64,000 nt of DNA from Trichinella spiralis (Eukaryota): the NCBI RefSeq assembly GCF_000181795.1, contig NW_003526940.1:602336-666335 (forward strand). The letters are read 5' to 3'. This document shows positions 40,899 to 54,100 of this stretch, piece after piece. The position numbers were made by a program, and so were the translations under genes. The notes under the pieces are model-generated. The model was not told where the DNA came from. It saw only the letters and a program-made list of their open reading frames with translations, and made no database searches. How positions within the stretch are numbered: position 1 is the first letter of the stretch; each line of letters starts with the position of its first letter.

Positions 40899-43800
40899 TC
40901 AACAAATTAACTGTTTGTTCAAAATTTCATAAGCTATGCAAAGACGAAAATTCGCCATATGACTCTAAAATGATAAATAAAATTCCAATTTCAACAAATA
41001 TTTTAAAGTGCTTTTTTTTTACTTGATTGAATGATAGCTCAGCATCACGTGACAAATAATCTGCAAATTTACATACGAAAACTCCACAATCGTTAAAATT
41101 ACCCTGTCTAGGTACACCCTGTGAATGGAAAGGCAAATTTTAAAAAGGAAAATGTTCAGTTTGTTTGGAAAATTTAAAATCTTACCTCTGCATTGGAAAA
41201 GGTCCACTGATCTATGTGCAAATCGTGGCCTTTTGCTTTACTTTCTTGGCAGAGATATTCTCTACAAATCCAAATACAGTAGAAGATGTGTTGAAATGGT
41301 ATAAAATCAATAAAAAATACCACTCACTTAAGTGAACGAAGCAACGTTGCATTGCTACCACCGAGAGAATCGTAATGAAGAACCGTTTTTTTACGAAAAT
41401 CTATCGTCTAAACAAAATTTAAATAAAATTTATTCATTCATCACTGTGGTAGTGTAAAAATAAAAAAAAAAAAAGATGCCATACGGCAAGAGTCCAATGA
41501 GCTGAACTGTGAACTGGAATGAACAAAAAATCATGATTGAATATGTTCACGTTTCGGGTCCACCGTTTCACACCGTCGAAGCCACTTCGACTCAATTTCA
41601 GGCAAAAAAACGAATTGAAAACGTAAACTGTAGGTAATGAACAATTTTTCTTGCTTCTTTCAACGATCAAATTGAAATAGAAATTTATCACCTTACAATA
41701 ACAGCAATTATTCAAATAATAATAATAAAATCTGTAAAACTGACTTCATCATTCAGCCAATTACCACCAGCCAAAGTTTTCAAATCGTTCGGCCGAATAT
41801 CAATACCAAATCCAGAAGATAAAATTTTATCACTGTTTTTCTCTTGCCACGCTTTTTTCACCACTTGAGCCTCTTCTGCTGTTAATTCTAATCAAAAATA
41901 CCACTTTGAATAATTGAAATTGAAATATCCAAAAGAAAAAACAACAACCACAACCTCGATATTCATACGCTTTAATGCTGAGAACTTGGAACCTTGGGAA
42001 AGGACGCGCAGTGAAACTTCCTATTGAACCATTGCTGACAGTTTTCTAATCATAATAAATAATCTATGCAGCTCAATTAAAAATAACAAACAAATCATCT
42101 CACCAGAGTATCATGGCGTTTGAATAAATTTGCAAAAATTCTGGATAAGTCATTCCGTAGTTCTCCAATTTTTGACGAAAACGTATTCGGTCTAAAACAA
42201 TAAAAAACACATCATTTTCATTTCTGTATTATGTAAAAATTTCCATTCACTATTTTTCATTAACAAATACAAATATTATCAACGAACACGTTGAATTACA
42301 ATAATAAAGAAAAACTAATAATTTCAACAACATTCGTACAGTGTATCGTTGAAGAGTGACATGAGCCGGCCTGTGGATTTTTCCGGTGGAAAGTCAAAAT
42401 TGGAAAGTGCATCCCCATTGGAAGCCCCTTTGAGCAAACTTTTTTCATTCTGATTTGGTTCTTTTGTAATTTCCGGCTCCGATGATTCTTCGCAGGAAAA
42501 GTATTGGCTTTCTTCATTCACTCTGAAATATTTATTATTAATAAATATTCACAATTCACCCATACCATTATTATTACTTTGCCGATTCTGGTGAAACAGA
42601 TTCGCCTGAATTGACATTATCGTGAAATTCTTCGATCTGACCGTCGCACACAGGCTGAAAATTATTCACCTCACCGGTCGATTAATCACATTTAAAATTA
42701 TAAACTTATCTCCTACCGGTAGCTCTTCAGTTTTAACATACATCTCAAAATCATCTTCATCATCGGACTAAACAAAATCAGACTGATAAAAAGTAAAAAA
42801 AAATAGAAAATCATAATAAATACCCTGTCTTCAAGTGCTGAAAATGAAGTATCAACAATTTTCGATGCGCAGTTATTTTTCGGTGCAAAACGGGGCGACA
42901 AATTAACTTTACTCGATGAATATGAAAATTCACCTAAATTGAAAACAATACATTCATTCACACTTTCTCCTTCCAACGTTGCAACAACGGCCGAAACTCT
43001 TTAAACTCATGTTTAGAATAAAATTTTATTCAAATTAAACATTTCAAAAGTCACAGTCAAAAATTAAAGCAAAACCATATTATTAAATAATTAACTTATT
43101 AAATTCAGAATTAAATCACTCCAATGTTACGGAGAAAAGCAAAAAATGAAAACAAAAAAAATCATATCATGAATCAGCTCATAATTCAGTAATTAAATAT
43201 TATTTTTAATTAATGTTTATCAAAATATATCACTTTTTTGAAACAACTAACTGAAGTGTTGATAACAAATATTAATAAATACAATCAACCAAAAATTAAT
43301 ACAGTACGAACATGGAGTAGTTTATATTTGAAAATAAAATCAACAACAACAAAACTAAAACTTCAATTCTATCAATATAAGTTTTTCAAAAAGCAAATTA
43401 TTCATTTTAATAACTCATGCAAATTTTCAATATACATAAAAATGCAAAATAAAACTTGATTGTCAGACAGTATCTACAAAATAAATGCTTACTCCACTTC
43501 TAGGAGAAATTGCACAAATCCGATGCATTTAAATTTAAATTTAACCGCTCGAAAAATATCATACAACAGTAATGAAAATTTTTTAAATCAAATAAAACTG
43601 CTTTCGAGAAGTTTTCAAGGCAAAAAATAGGTCAGAGATAATAGCATGACAAAAATGTTAAAATGAATAACTGAAATATATGAGCCTATTTATTCTTATA
43701 CTACAAAATTATTTTAAAATAATAAAATGATCAAAATTCGTAAAATAATGAAAAGTTTTACCTTCGCCAACGTTGCTGCATTTTGAATAATTTAAAAAGG

Positions 43801-44190
43801 ATTCTTTGGTATTGTTGAACTTTTCGTACTCAGTTCTGACAGAACTTTGAAAAGAACTGTTCAAAAAAGAGTCATCTGTATTTTCTTCTTCACAAGTTGA
43901 AGAATATTCGTCCCGAAAACTGGGTGCAGAATTTGAAGAATTATGAGTAATTCCAGAATTAACAATTAAAGATTGATTCAAATTTGTCACTGAACGCTGT
44001 CTTTCTGACAACGCTGTTCCTGAAGTATTTATTTGTGGGGATGCCACATTTTTATCTTTCAAAATTCCAATCTTTCCTAGTAGCCACATTTTACTCTCAT
44101 TAAAATAATACCATACATTTTCATTCGCTTTAGCGTATAATTCATTCTGGGTCTTTTTACGTTTACACACAGTATCTTCAACAGCAAAGC
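40899..44190 (-). CDS. ulp-1: SUMO/sentrin-specific protease (Ulp1/SENP1-like, peptidase C48); 5' end uncertain
   Basis: WLNDEVINFY, VYVFNSFF, VKRWTRNVNIF, catalytic AHWTLA, HYDSLG and QGNFNDCGVF. The low-complexity N-terminal exons, including 43762-44190, join in phase; the start codon is not resolved. Confidence 0.88.
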
Positions 44191-47100
44191 TATAATATTT
44201 TAATTACAAAATAAAACAGAAATCAGAAGCTCAATGCAATTAATAAACATACGTGTTCAAACTATTAAAAGCTTAATCAACAACTCCACATCTGTTTAAT
44301 TTTGTTAAAATAAATACATTTACCATAATTTAAAATTTCTGAGAAAGATTCACAAACAATACTTCCTAAATTATAAATAACACACAGCTTCGCCACAAAT
44401 AAATAACAAAACAAAATCATGAAATTTTAAAAAAGTACTTTCAATTTCTTAATATAAAAAATTAATAAATTATAAATGCCCTTCCGAAGAAATTCACATC
44501 ATCAAGACAACTATTAAAAAGCTATCTGAATACACAATAGAATACACGCAAGATGAAAAATTCGTATTTACCTATTAAAACCGTTTTTTCGCTTTCTTGA
44601 ATTTGAAGTGTAGAGAAAATTCATGAAAAGTACTACTGCCAGAGCAGAAGTAGTAACAACATGAGAGAGTGGGAAACTTTGATCTACAGAAAGATACGAT
44701 ACAAAAGTTATGCTTATGAATCAAAAGTTACCAAAAATAATGTATAGTCAAATGACGCGGTTCCGAAATTGAGCTACAGTAAAATAAAATTTGTCAAAAA
44801 TGTTTCAAGTAAGAAATTAATTGTAAAGAAAAAACAATAAAATTTTATACATTTACTTTGGGAAAATTATTTTTAAATTATAGCATTTCAAAATACTGTA
44901 AAATTAGTGAATTAATAAATTAAACTAAGTACTATTTTTAACATTTGAACAAAACAATTTTATTTCTAAATAAATTTCTGAAACTGGTGAGTTAAATCTA
45001 CAAAATTAAAAATCCTCATTAAAAACGGCAGAGAAATTTAACATTTGAAAATTATTAAAGAATTAAAATGTTTGTTTAAATACGCTGTTATAATATGTAG
45101 TGCAGTTTGCTTTAGCTTTAGTAAAACGAGTATTGGAAGTATAGAAATTGTGATCAAATAGAAATTTCAATTCTTCACCGCAATATGAAGAAAAAGCATA
45201 ATAATTTGCAGCTGTTTAAAACTGAAGAATTATAATAAAAACTTGTTGTTCTACATATCCGTAACCTTCTTTAGTCTACTCATGGGGTCTGTTTTCAGTA
45301 TCTACTGATGGGCTAATTCAATATAATACAACAGTAAGCATAGGACTAATTCAATATAACTCAACAACTTGTGATGCATTTGCCAGTATAATTACCTAAA
45401 TAGCTTGGTTTGAAATTGATTATCGTAATGATAAGCTAAATTGAAAATTCGTCAAATTACAGTTTAATATTACATAAATGTGTTGATGAATGTAGAAATT
45501 TTATTCTGAGTTTTGTGCAACAACGTTAGAACGTTAAGAAATGAAAAAGACATTGTGCAAATGCAATGAAAAATTATTATTTATAATTGTTTTTTTATTA
45601 AACTATTTTCATGAACAGTTTCTGCAATATTACAGCATTTAAATTATAGGTAGCCTCATGTTAACAAAAATTTAAAATTTATTATATATAATAACTTGAT
45701 TTTCATTTTTACTGTGTATATTGTTTTGTTAAGGAAACATTGATTCTTTATAAATGACAACAATATACAATATGCAAGAAATTTTATAATTTATCAACTT
45801 GAAATCTAAACATGATATGATGAATAAAACTGCAGTGCTTTAAATCATTATCATTTTCACATTTTATTAATATAAATACTTGCCTAAAACACATGATTTT
45901 TATATAGGGAAAATTCAATTATTAACGTACCCATCACAGTACATGTTAGCAATCTGTACAGTTTAATTGAAAAAATTTACTTTTAACAAACAAAATGCAA
46001 TTTGTTTCTACTTCATTTTCACGAAACTTTTAAACAGCTGATAACAATGCTTTTCAATTACAGTAATACTTGTTACCATTTTACAGCAAAGATGTGAAAA
46101 AGCTCTTTTACCAAATATCATTTATAATATTTTTAGAGAATATGTCTAATTAGAATTATTGTATTTTATTAAATAATAAATTATTTTACACGCGTTGTGA
46201 TGCGATGTGCTACAGCCATGCTTGAAAAACAGCTGATTAATCATTACTTCCTGGTGTAATGATTCAATGTATGAGTTGTCATCTTAATTGTTCTGTTATG
46301 GTTATGTAGAATATATTTGTGATTTTGAATTCTACAAGTGGTTTTTTTATTCTGTTAGATTTTTCCCACTGTGAACAGTTTGTAACTATATCTTTTACAA
46401 ATATGTAATCGTTGAGAGTATTTTAAAAGCAGCTCATTGGATTTCATTGTATTCTGTCATAGTTTTAAACAATAAGTAAATTAGCAGCTGTATATTATCT
46501 TATGGTAATAAAAAAATACTCTTGTATACTTGAGCAATCCACAGCTTTGGAATTAAAGTTCAGAAGAGAAAATAATGAAATTGGGATATGGTACAGCAGT
46601 TTTTATTTTTTTTCAGTATATATTCCACGCTGATGTTCCAATTAACAACGTAAAAGCAGTGGCTTTTATTTTTACATAATATGACACATCAATTATTGTC
46701 AGTTATGTTTTACTTGTTCATTATCCTGAATGTTGTTATTATCAAAATGTGGACAGATAGGAAATTGCACCTGTTCTGTTAACCGTAGATGAGAAAAAAT
46801 CTTATGAAAACTAAAAAGCAAATAAACACAAGGATTACGAAATCAATACTACAACTGCGTGGGTGAAGTTGTAATATTGTTCATGATGTTTACTTGTATT
46901 TTTGGTTTATTCATTGAAATTGAAAAAGAAACAGGTTAAATAAATAAAATGTGATGTTTCTTTTCTTCATTACTTTCTATGCACGCAATAATTCAGAAAA
47001 TCAATTTCACCTAATTTTTGTTTTCCACCTACTGTAAGCTATTTATTATTGCAACAATGTTTTTGCGGTGAGTATGCAATGATGTTGATTTGAATTTTGC

Positions 47101-47425
47101 AATTTTGCAGTACATTTATTCAAGTAAGCTTTTCCAAAACATAAATTTTTTAATTTTAATGCTTTTCTGTGAATGTCAAAATTTTCAAGAATTGCTTTTC
47201 AGGTTGCAACAGTTTTCATATTGTTTTTGCCATTTTTACATTGCTGATCATGTGCTGTAATGTAAACATGGGAAACGTATGCAAAATCAATCGCCCTTTT
47301 GCTGAAAGAGCGTGTCGTTGCTGAAAAATTTTGTTTGAGGAATTTAATTGTAGTTGTTTTTTACATTCTCTACATTAGAATTTTATTTTTTAAGATTCCA
47401 CATATAAAAATTATTTTTAGGTAAT

Positions 47426-48471
47426 ATGAACACTGATAAGGGAGATCTGTCTTATGAATGCATAAAGGCAAGACATGAAAGTGGAGATACGAGTATAGAT
47501 GGCATTATTGAAGAACTTGAATTTCTATTGAAAGACACTGAAACGGTTAAGAAACAGATAAGTGAATCTCTTGGTGCTCCAAGAGAAGTATTGGAAATTT
47601 ACGGGTTAACCTTACCAGAGGAAACTGCAAAGACTGTCGACGATCAGAATTTAATACAGCAATCATGTTTACCTGGTACTTCAGAACAGTTTATTACACA
47701 AGAGGGTGTGGTACGTAGAAAAAGAAAGATGCGTAAAAAAAACATGTTTAAAACAGCAGTGAATCCCGCGAAGCGTAAATCTTCCAAAAAGGTCAAAGTA
47801 AGAAGACGCAAGGCTCTGGACATAGCAGATTTGACTCCCCAACAAAAAGAACCCTATGAAAAGCCGTTCCAATATGGCAAAAATAAAAAAACAGTTTTAA
47901 TTAATGATGAAAACAACAACTTTTTTTTAAGGGTGGAAAAGGGAATTAGTTTTGCGCGCTTTACCATCCAAATCGACCAGTGCTGATGTATATTACATTT
48001 CACCCAGTGGAATTAAATTTCGTTCTAGTAAAGAAGTCGAACGATTCGGTATGTAAAGTAGAAGATAAACAGAAAAGCAGATCTGTAATTATTGCGATCC
48101 TTTAGCTATCATGAACCCGCAAAGCATGAATGGACTTGGACCAGAAAATTTCACTTTTCGACGTTACCTTCTCGGCACTGGAAGCCCACTTGAATATAAA
48201 CGAGACGCGTCAGTTGTATATATATTTTTTTTGATAAGAAACAATTAATTAATTGTACTCGTGTTTCAAATTTTAGAGGATTCAGGTTTGGAACGAAAGC
48301 AAAATTTGCGAGAACAATGGAAGTGAAGATTAAAATTGAAAACCCTGAAATTGATGATAATGATGTTTTACAAGCATGTTGAATTGAATTTTATGATAAA
48401 GTTATTATATTGTTATCTTGTAGGTAAATCCCAACGTCGTCGATTCGAACCCTGAAGATATGACTTCTTAA
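47426..48471 (+). CDS. Small methyl-CpG-binding domain (MBD) protein
   Basis: Spliced translation KPFQYGWKRELVLRALPSKSTSADVYYISPSGIKFRSSKEVERF...ENFTF matches the MBD consensus, preceded by a basic NLS-like tract. The 3' end is 48382 or 48471 depending on a GC-donor intron. Confidence 0.85.
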
Positions 48472-50306
48472 TTTGTTGATCTTGTTTCATATACATACAT
48501 AAAATTATTAACATACTCTGTACATTTGGTTTATCAGAGTACACTTTCCTATTTAATTTAATAAATGTCATTGTGAGTTTTCTCACAATCTACAGTACAA
48601 ACATGATAAAAAACCAAATGATTCATGTATACCTTTTTAAAATCAATATGTGACGTGGTGAAAAACTGGTCATTCTTTTTAATCATTCAAGTGAATTCGT
48701 GCAATGATAAATAATTTATTATTCGCTAAAAAGTGTGTTGATGTTCTTTGAACGAAAAATTCTTTCAGTGTTATTTTTGAGAATGTTAATTAAAAAAAAA
48801 TCACCACTGTATGTGTTCTTTTGCACTCCCCTTTACTTAAGATACGTATTATTATGAGAAATACTGCTTTTAAAAAGGAGAATAAAGCAGATTTTCAAAT
48901 ATGCTCTAACCAAAACGTAAAAATGATGATTAACAACACCAGTGCATGCTTTTCAATCAAAACTTCCTTGATGAGAATATTTCATCTCACGTTCTAAATA
49001 TAAATGCTTCCTTATTCTAGTTTTTTTTTGCTCAGTCTTTATCACAACTGTTGCTATTTCTTTTATAAAATAAAAGTTGCATGAGCTAATAATTGTTTTT
49101 AATTCACAGCCTATTTAACCATTTTGAATGATTCTATTTTTTGTGCAGAAAAGGAAATAATTAAAAAAATTTACTATTAATTTATTGTTACATGTGGTTA
49201 CTTCTGCCTTGTTACTTGCCTTTTGCATCCACATTCAACCTTCTTCCTTTTCACCAAGAGAATGTCATTCTACTAAAAGGGCACCTTAAGCATTCGTTTG
49301 ATCAGCAGCAGAATGACGACAAATGAATTCCATTTTATGCATGCTTCGTCAAACAGAAAATGCTATCATCTTTATCAGTGCCAGTTGGTGGTGGTTTTTC
49401 TGAACTAAAAATGTCTGCAACATTTTGCAAAACGCAAAATAATATTAAGCAATTAAAACCTGCTACTCTCGATTAAAGTTTTTAAACAACAAAGCAACAT
49501 TCATTAAATTTTCAAAGAAAACACGACAACTTTTTTTCGTATAAATGAGAAAAAGCACTCAAAAATCGAGCAATTGTACAACCTTAACCTTCAAACATTG
49601 TTGAGATGATGCTTGCATATTTTCATTTGTGCAACTGTTATCTGAAAAGTATTCACCGTTTACATCCGTACCGCATACGCGACTTCGCTCCCATTACCGT
49701 ACACCAAATGCATAAAAAACGACAATTAAGTATTATCAGTACATTAACGAAAAGCATCGTTGTTAATGTGCGCACGTCGACCCTCAAAAAAGCGTCGCTT
49801 ATTAGTGTTTTTTTCTTGATACGTGGACACCAATTCAATGAGTTCACGTTTTATTCTCTTGATGCGAATATAAATGAAACAGAAATTTTTTTTTCTGAAA
49901 CTGAATAAATAAATAAAAATGGGAATCTCAGTAATTTCACACAATTCACTAATTGCATCAGGAACGTCAATTATTGGCAGCTCCAGTAGACGGACGTGAA
50001 ATAAAAAAACTCAACAATATAAATAACATCAAGATTGATATACACACAGCTGTTTGAAGTAGTAAAACATCAAAAACACACGATGCATGCGAGTTCCCGG
50101 CATTCATCATCAGTGAAAAATAGAAAACTTCCTACTCGAAAATATGCATATTATATTACGTTGGACGTTTTGAAATTTCAACTCATACTAAAAAAAATTC
50201 TGATTTAAATTTTATTCTAAATGAATGAAAACGAACGAAGTTCGCGAAAAATTCCGAAACACTCTTTTTTTTCCATTCACTACTATTTTTCAAAATAATA
50301 AATTTC

Positions 50307-53300
50307 TCACAAATACGGACGCAAGTAGCTGTTTTTGAAATTCTCCAGTTCACCTTGAAGCATAACAAAGTCTTTTCTAAAAATGCAATAACTATATAAG
50401 CAATTTTTAAAAAAAAATTACAACTGTGTAACACATGCAAAACAAAATAAGAAATTTCGCAATTAAACATTGTGTAATGCTTTGTTTTGAAAAAAAAAAT
50501 TCTCACTTCACTGGAGTATATTCTGACGTCACTTTCTCCAATACGGCCACTTGCTTTTCCAATGCTTTTATTTCATCCTTGGTTTCAGACAAAGCTGTGG
50601 TCGCGACTGCATCCAATCGACAAGCAAGATCATCAATCTCTCTGCAAACAAAAATGCCAATTAAAATCAAAAAAACAAGACAAGAAAAATTAATTAATTA
50701 ATTAAACTAAAAATGTACAATATTCGAAACAAGCACACCTCTGTATCTGCTGCTGAAAAGTGCTAATTATAGTAACTTCCATGATTTTCAACTTGCGACT
50801 GAGGTGGTCCGAAAACTGCCGCTTAAATTTTCGTTCCTTGGCTTTCTCGTTCCAGCTAAGCCTTTCGTACAAATAAATCAGCTCGTAAATTGAAATAATT
50901 GTCACAATTACAGGCCAACCAACTGTTCTTTTAATCTAATGATTACAAAATTGCTGATAAAAAGTATTAAAAAACAAATTTTGTATAAAATTAACAAAAT
51001 TTTCACATTTCACTAGTGAAAAAGAAATGAACTGAAAGCTAAAGTTGAAATCATTCCAAAAATCCTACCAACGCAAGTAATAAAAGTATCCCAACGCCTC
51101 CGTCGGCCACAGCCGAGGCATATCGCACAACAGCTGATGATTGGGCGTACATCTCTTCCCCTTGAACAGCCTGAAAAATGTGCACATAAAAGTTTGTTGT
51201 AAAAAAAATTAACCCCTGATATAATTTGAGACTTTGTTGCTGTGAAAATCCAAACATTTGTAGCTGCTCAATTTGCGCATCAGATGCGCAATGCCGAGTG
51301 AAAATTGGAATTCCAAATGCTCTTCGAAATCTTTGAACAACTGGTCGCAAGGAATGACAAAGGAAAATTTAAAAGGTGCCCTTTTCGGGTTAGAGCTCAG
51401 AATATTGTCCCTGCAAGATGGTGGCAAGCAGCTCAAAAAATGCACTAAACAATCAAATTAAATAATATGCTTAATATGTTCAAAAATAAACAAAGAATAC
51501 TTTCTAATGATTGTTCTTCTTTGTAAACTTCTGGAAGTAGTCGGCCTGTACAGGAGTCGATAAATTCAGTATTCAATACGTTGTCGACAAATTTAATCAG
51601 TTTCTTAAACAAATGGTTAAAAGCAATGTACAAATATATAAATACGCAAACAACAATAAAACCTTTTTGTAATCTTTCAAATGATCAGGATCACTGGAAA
51701 ACTCGCGCGAAAAATGCTCCAACATTGCATCAAATCGATTTGTTTGGCAGTCGAATTCAGAAGAAATCTAAAAATGATTTTAAAAAAAAACTTTTATTTG
51801 AAAATTAAACTTGAACATCTTCAAATTAATTGAATAAAATAGTATTATTCATTACTCGTTTGCGGACTTTTTTTGAAAGATCTTCAACTACACCAGATGC
51901 ACTCGACAAACAACTGACCACATCCTCCTCGGCACTTTTATAAGAAGATTCCATTCCCTTTAATCTTTCAGATTTCTCCTTTCTGAAATTCAAACATATA
52001 TGTATTTAAAATTAGCAAATTGAAACAGCAATAAAGCTCACAGTTCAGCTTTAATCTTAACCAAAAGTGTGTCAAGGAGTTCGCAAACTTCTTCGCAGAT
52101 TGCTTTTCCCTTTTCAACATGTGAATAAAACTTCGTCACAATTGCAGTTTTAGAGATACATAACTAAAAATTAAAAACAAAAACAAAAATTACATTCAGT
52201 TATACTATCAAATTAATAATATAATAAACAATATAATAAATATGTTTTTTTTTTCACCTCAAACTGACGTTCAAAATTCTGAAATTCCATACACCGTTCT
52301 TCGAAACGTTCAGGAGGAGCTGAGGAAGCACCTGTTTAAGGTAACAATATATTAAAATAAATCAAGATAAAAAAGTATACAACAACATGAGAAAGATACA
52401 TGGAGAGTGAATCCCCTTCTGTTTCAGTCTGGTGTAGAGCATCTCACGAGAAGATACGAAAAATATTCTATTCCGTGCTTCTTTCTCGGTGCACGACTGC
52501 AAATCATTCACCAAAAAATCAATACACCTATTCATGTGTTGTTCTCGAACCTTTACCAAAATTGAGACAATTTTTTAAAAATGCATGTATTCAACAAAAA
52601 AAGTACCTGATCAATAAACTCTGGCTCATCGACGCTGGCATCCCACCTGTTGTTCAGGATGAAGATATTTGGTTTCGAAAGCTTATCTTTAACATGTCGA
52701 AAAAAGCTCTTCTCCTAAAAATTAGTAAAAATCGATTTAACTTAAATACTACTTTTATGTTTAAAAATAAATTCAACGGAAATAAAATTTTAATTAAATA
52801 CCAGCCAATGTCGGCCTGTTTCAACTACAACTAGCATCTAAGCTTCATTTCTACAAGTCTTTTTAAAAAAAAATTTTCGAATGGCACCGTTGTATGTGGT
52901 AGAAAGTTAACATTATTCGGGTGAATAGAATGTTGATTTTTACAGACTGCTTCACCCTTTGATTGTCAAAGAAAAAACAACAAACAAACAAGAATTGTTA
53001 TATCAGACGGTCTAAAAACCCTACTCTCGGTTAGTTCAGGACAAAAAGTTTATCCAATACAGAAGCAAATCGACACTAATGTTTCACTTCAGTAAGCCCC
53101 TACTTACCGTTTCTGTAAGAGTAGCTTCGGCATTGCAAACAAACACGAAGACGTCTGCATCGCCACAGTGCTTGTTAATCCATTCATCATACTGTGGAGC
53201 AACGTCGATTCCAGGACTAAATTATATTTCACGTTGAAAAAAAAATTAATAACAATTAAACACAAATCACCTATCAAGAAGGACAACTTCGTTCTGTAAA

Positions 53301-54100
53301 AGAGTAGAATCCGATTTTGGCCAGTACAATCGTACCATCACATCCTCACCTAAGTCGCTGTTACAAAAGGCACTGGCCTTTTGATGAATAGTCTATTGAA
53401 GCGAGAGAAATTCAAATATTTTAAAATTTACTTCTACTTATACTTTTACCTCCACATCCAGTTTATCACTACTATTATCAAACTGTATATACTTCTGCGC
53501 TGCATCAGTTCCTTCTACTTGAATGAAACAACGCGTAGTGTGTCCCATTCCTGTTGGAAGCACTTTGGAACGAAGCATCGCGTTTATCGAAGTGCTCTTA
53601 CCATTGCTTGTTCTTAAATGATCTCAGTATCTACTTTTCGTAATAATTCAACAAATATCAAGAAACATTACTTTCCAAAGAAGACCACTTTCATGTGATC
53701 TCGAGATAATATATTGCCAATAGAAGAAATTCCCTGTTTCAAATTTTCTACCCGACCAACAATATCAGCATCCACCAAATCACAATTAAACGACTGCTCT
53801 GTAATATATAAAAAATGTCGCCGAAACAAAAGAAATATTAACCAGCTCAAACGTACCACAAATTGCCCGAAACACTTTGTCAATACATTGTTCTGTTCGA
53901 ATAAAAATATCTTTTATTTTTCCTTTCGCTTCAACAAATTTGTGAAGTGGAGATGGACTAGCATTGACCGCTTCTGAAAAAAAACATACTTTACCATTCA
54001 TATTTAAAAAATGAACCTTCAAACCTGGAGGTCGTAAACTTTTACTACGTCCTCTAGAGTCAGGTGTCGACATGTTTACATTTATCGGTGGTAAATCCAT
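50307..54100 (-). CDS. fzo-1: Mitofusin / transmembrane GTPase fzo-1 (Marf)
   Basis: [90 protein letters not shown] and a C-terminal HR2. Confidence 0.96.

Noticed and set aside
53003..53022. GACGGTCTAAAAACCC resembles antisense to the LSU rRNA motif GGGTTTAGACCGTC
   Set aside because: It is on the strand opposite to the host gene, imperfect, and has no correctly placed C/D boxes.
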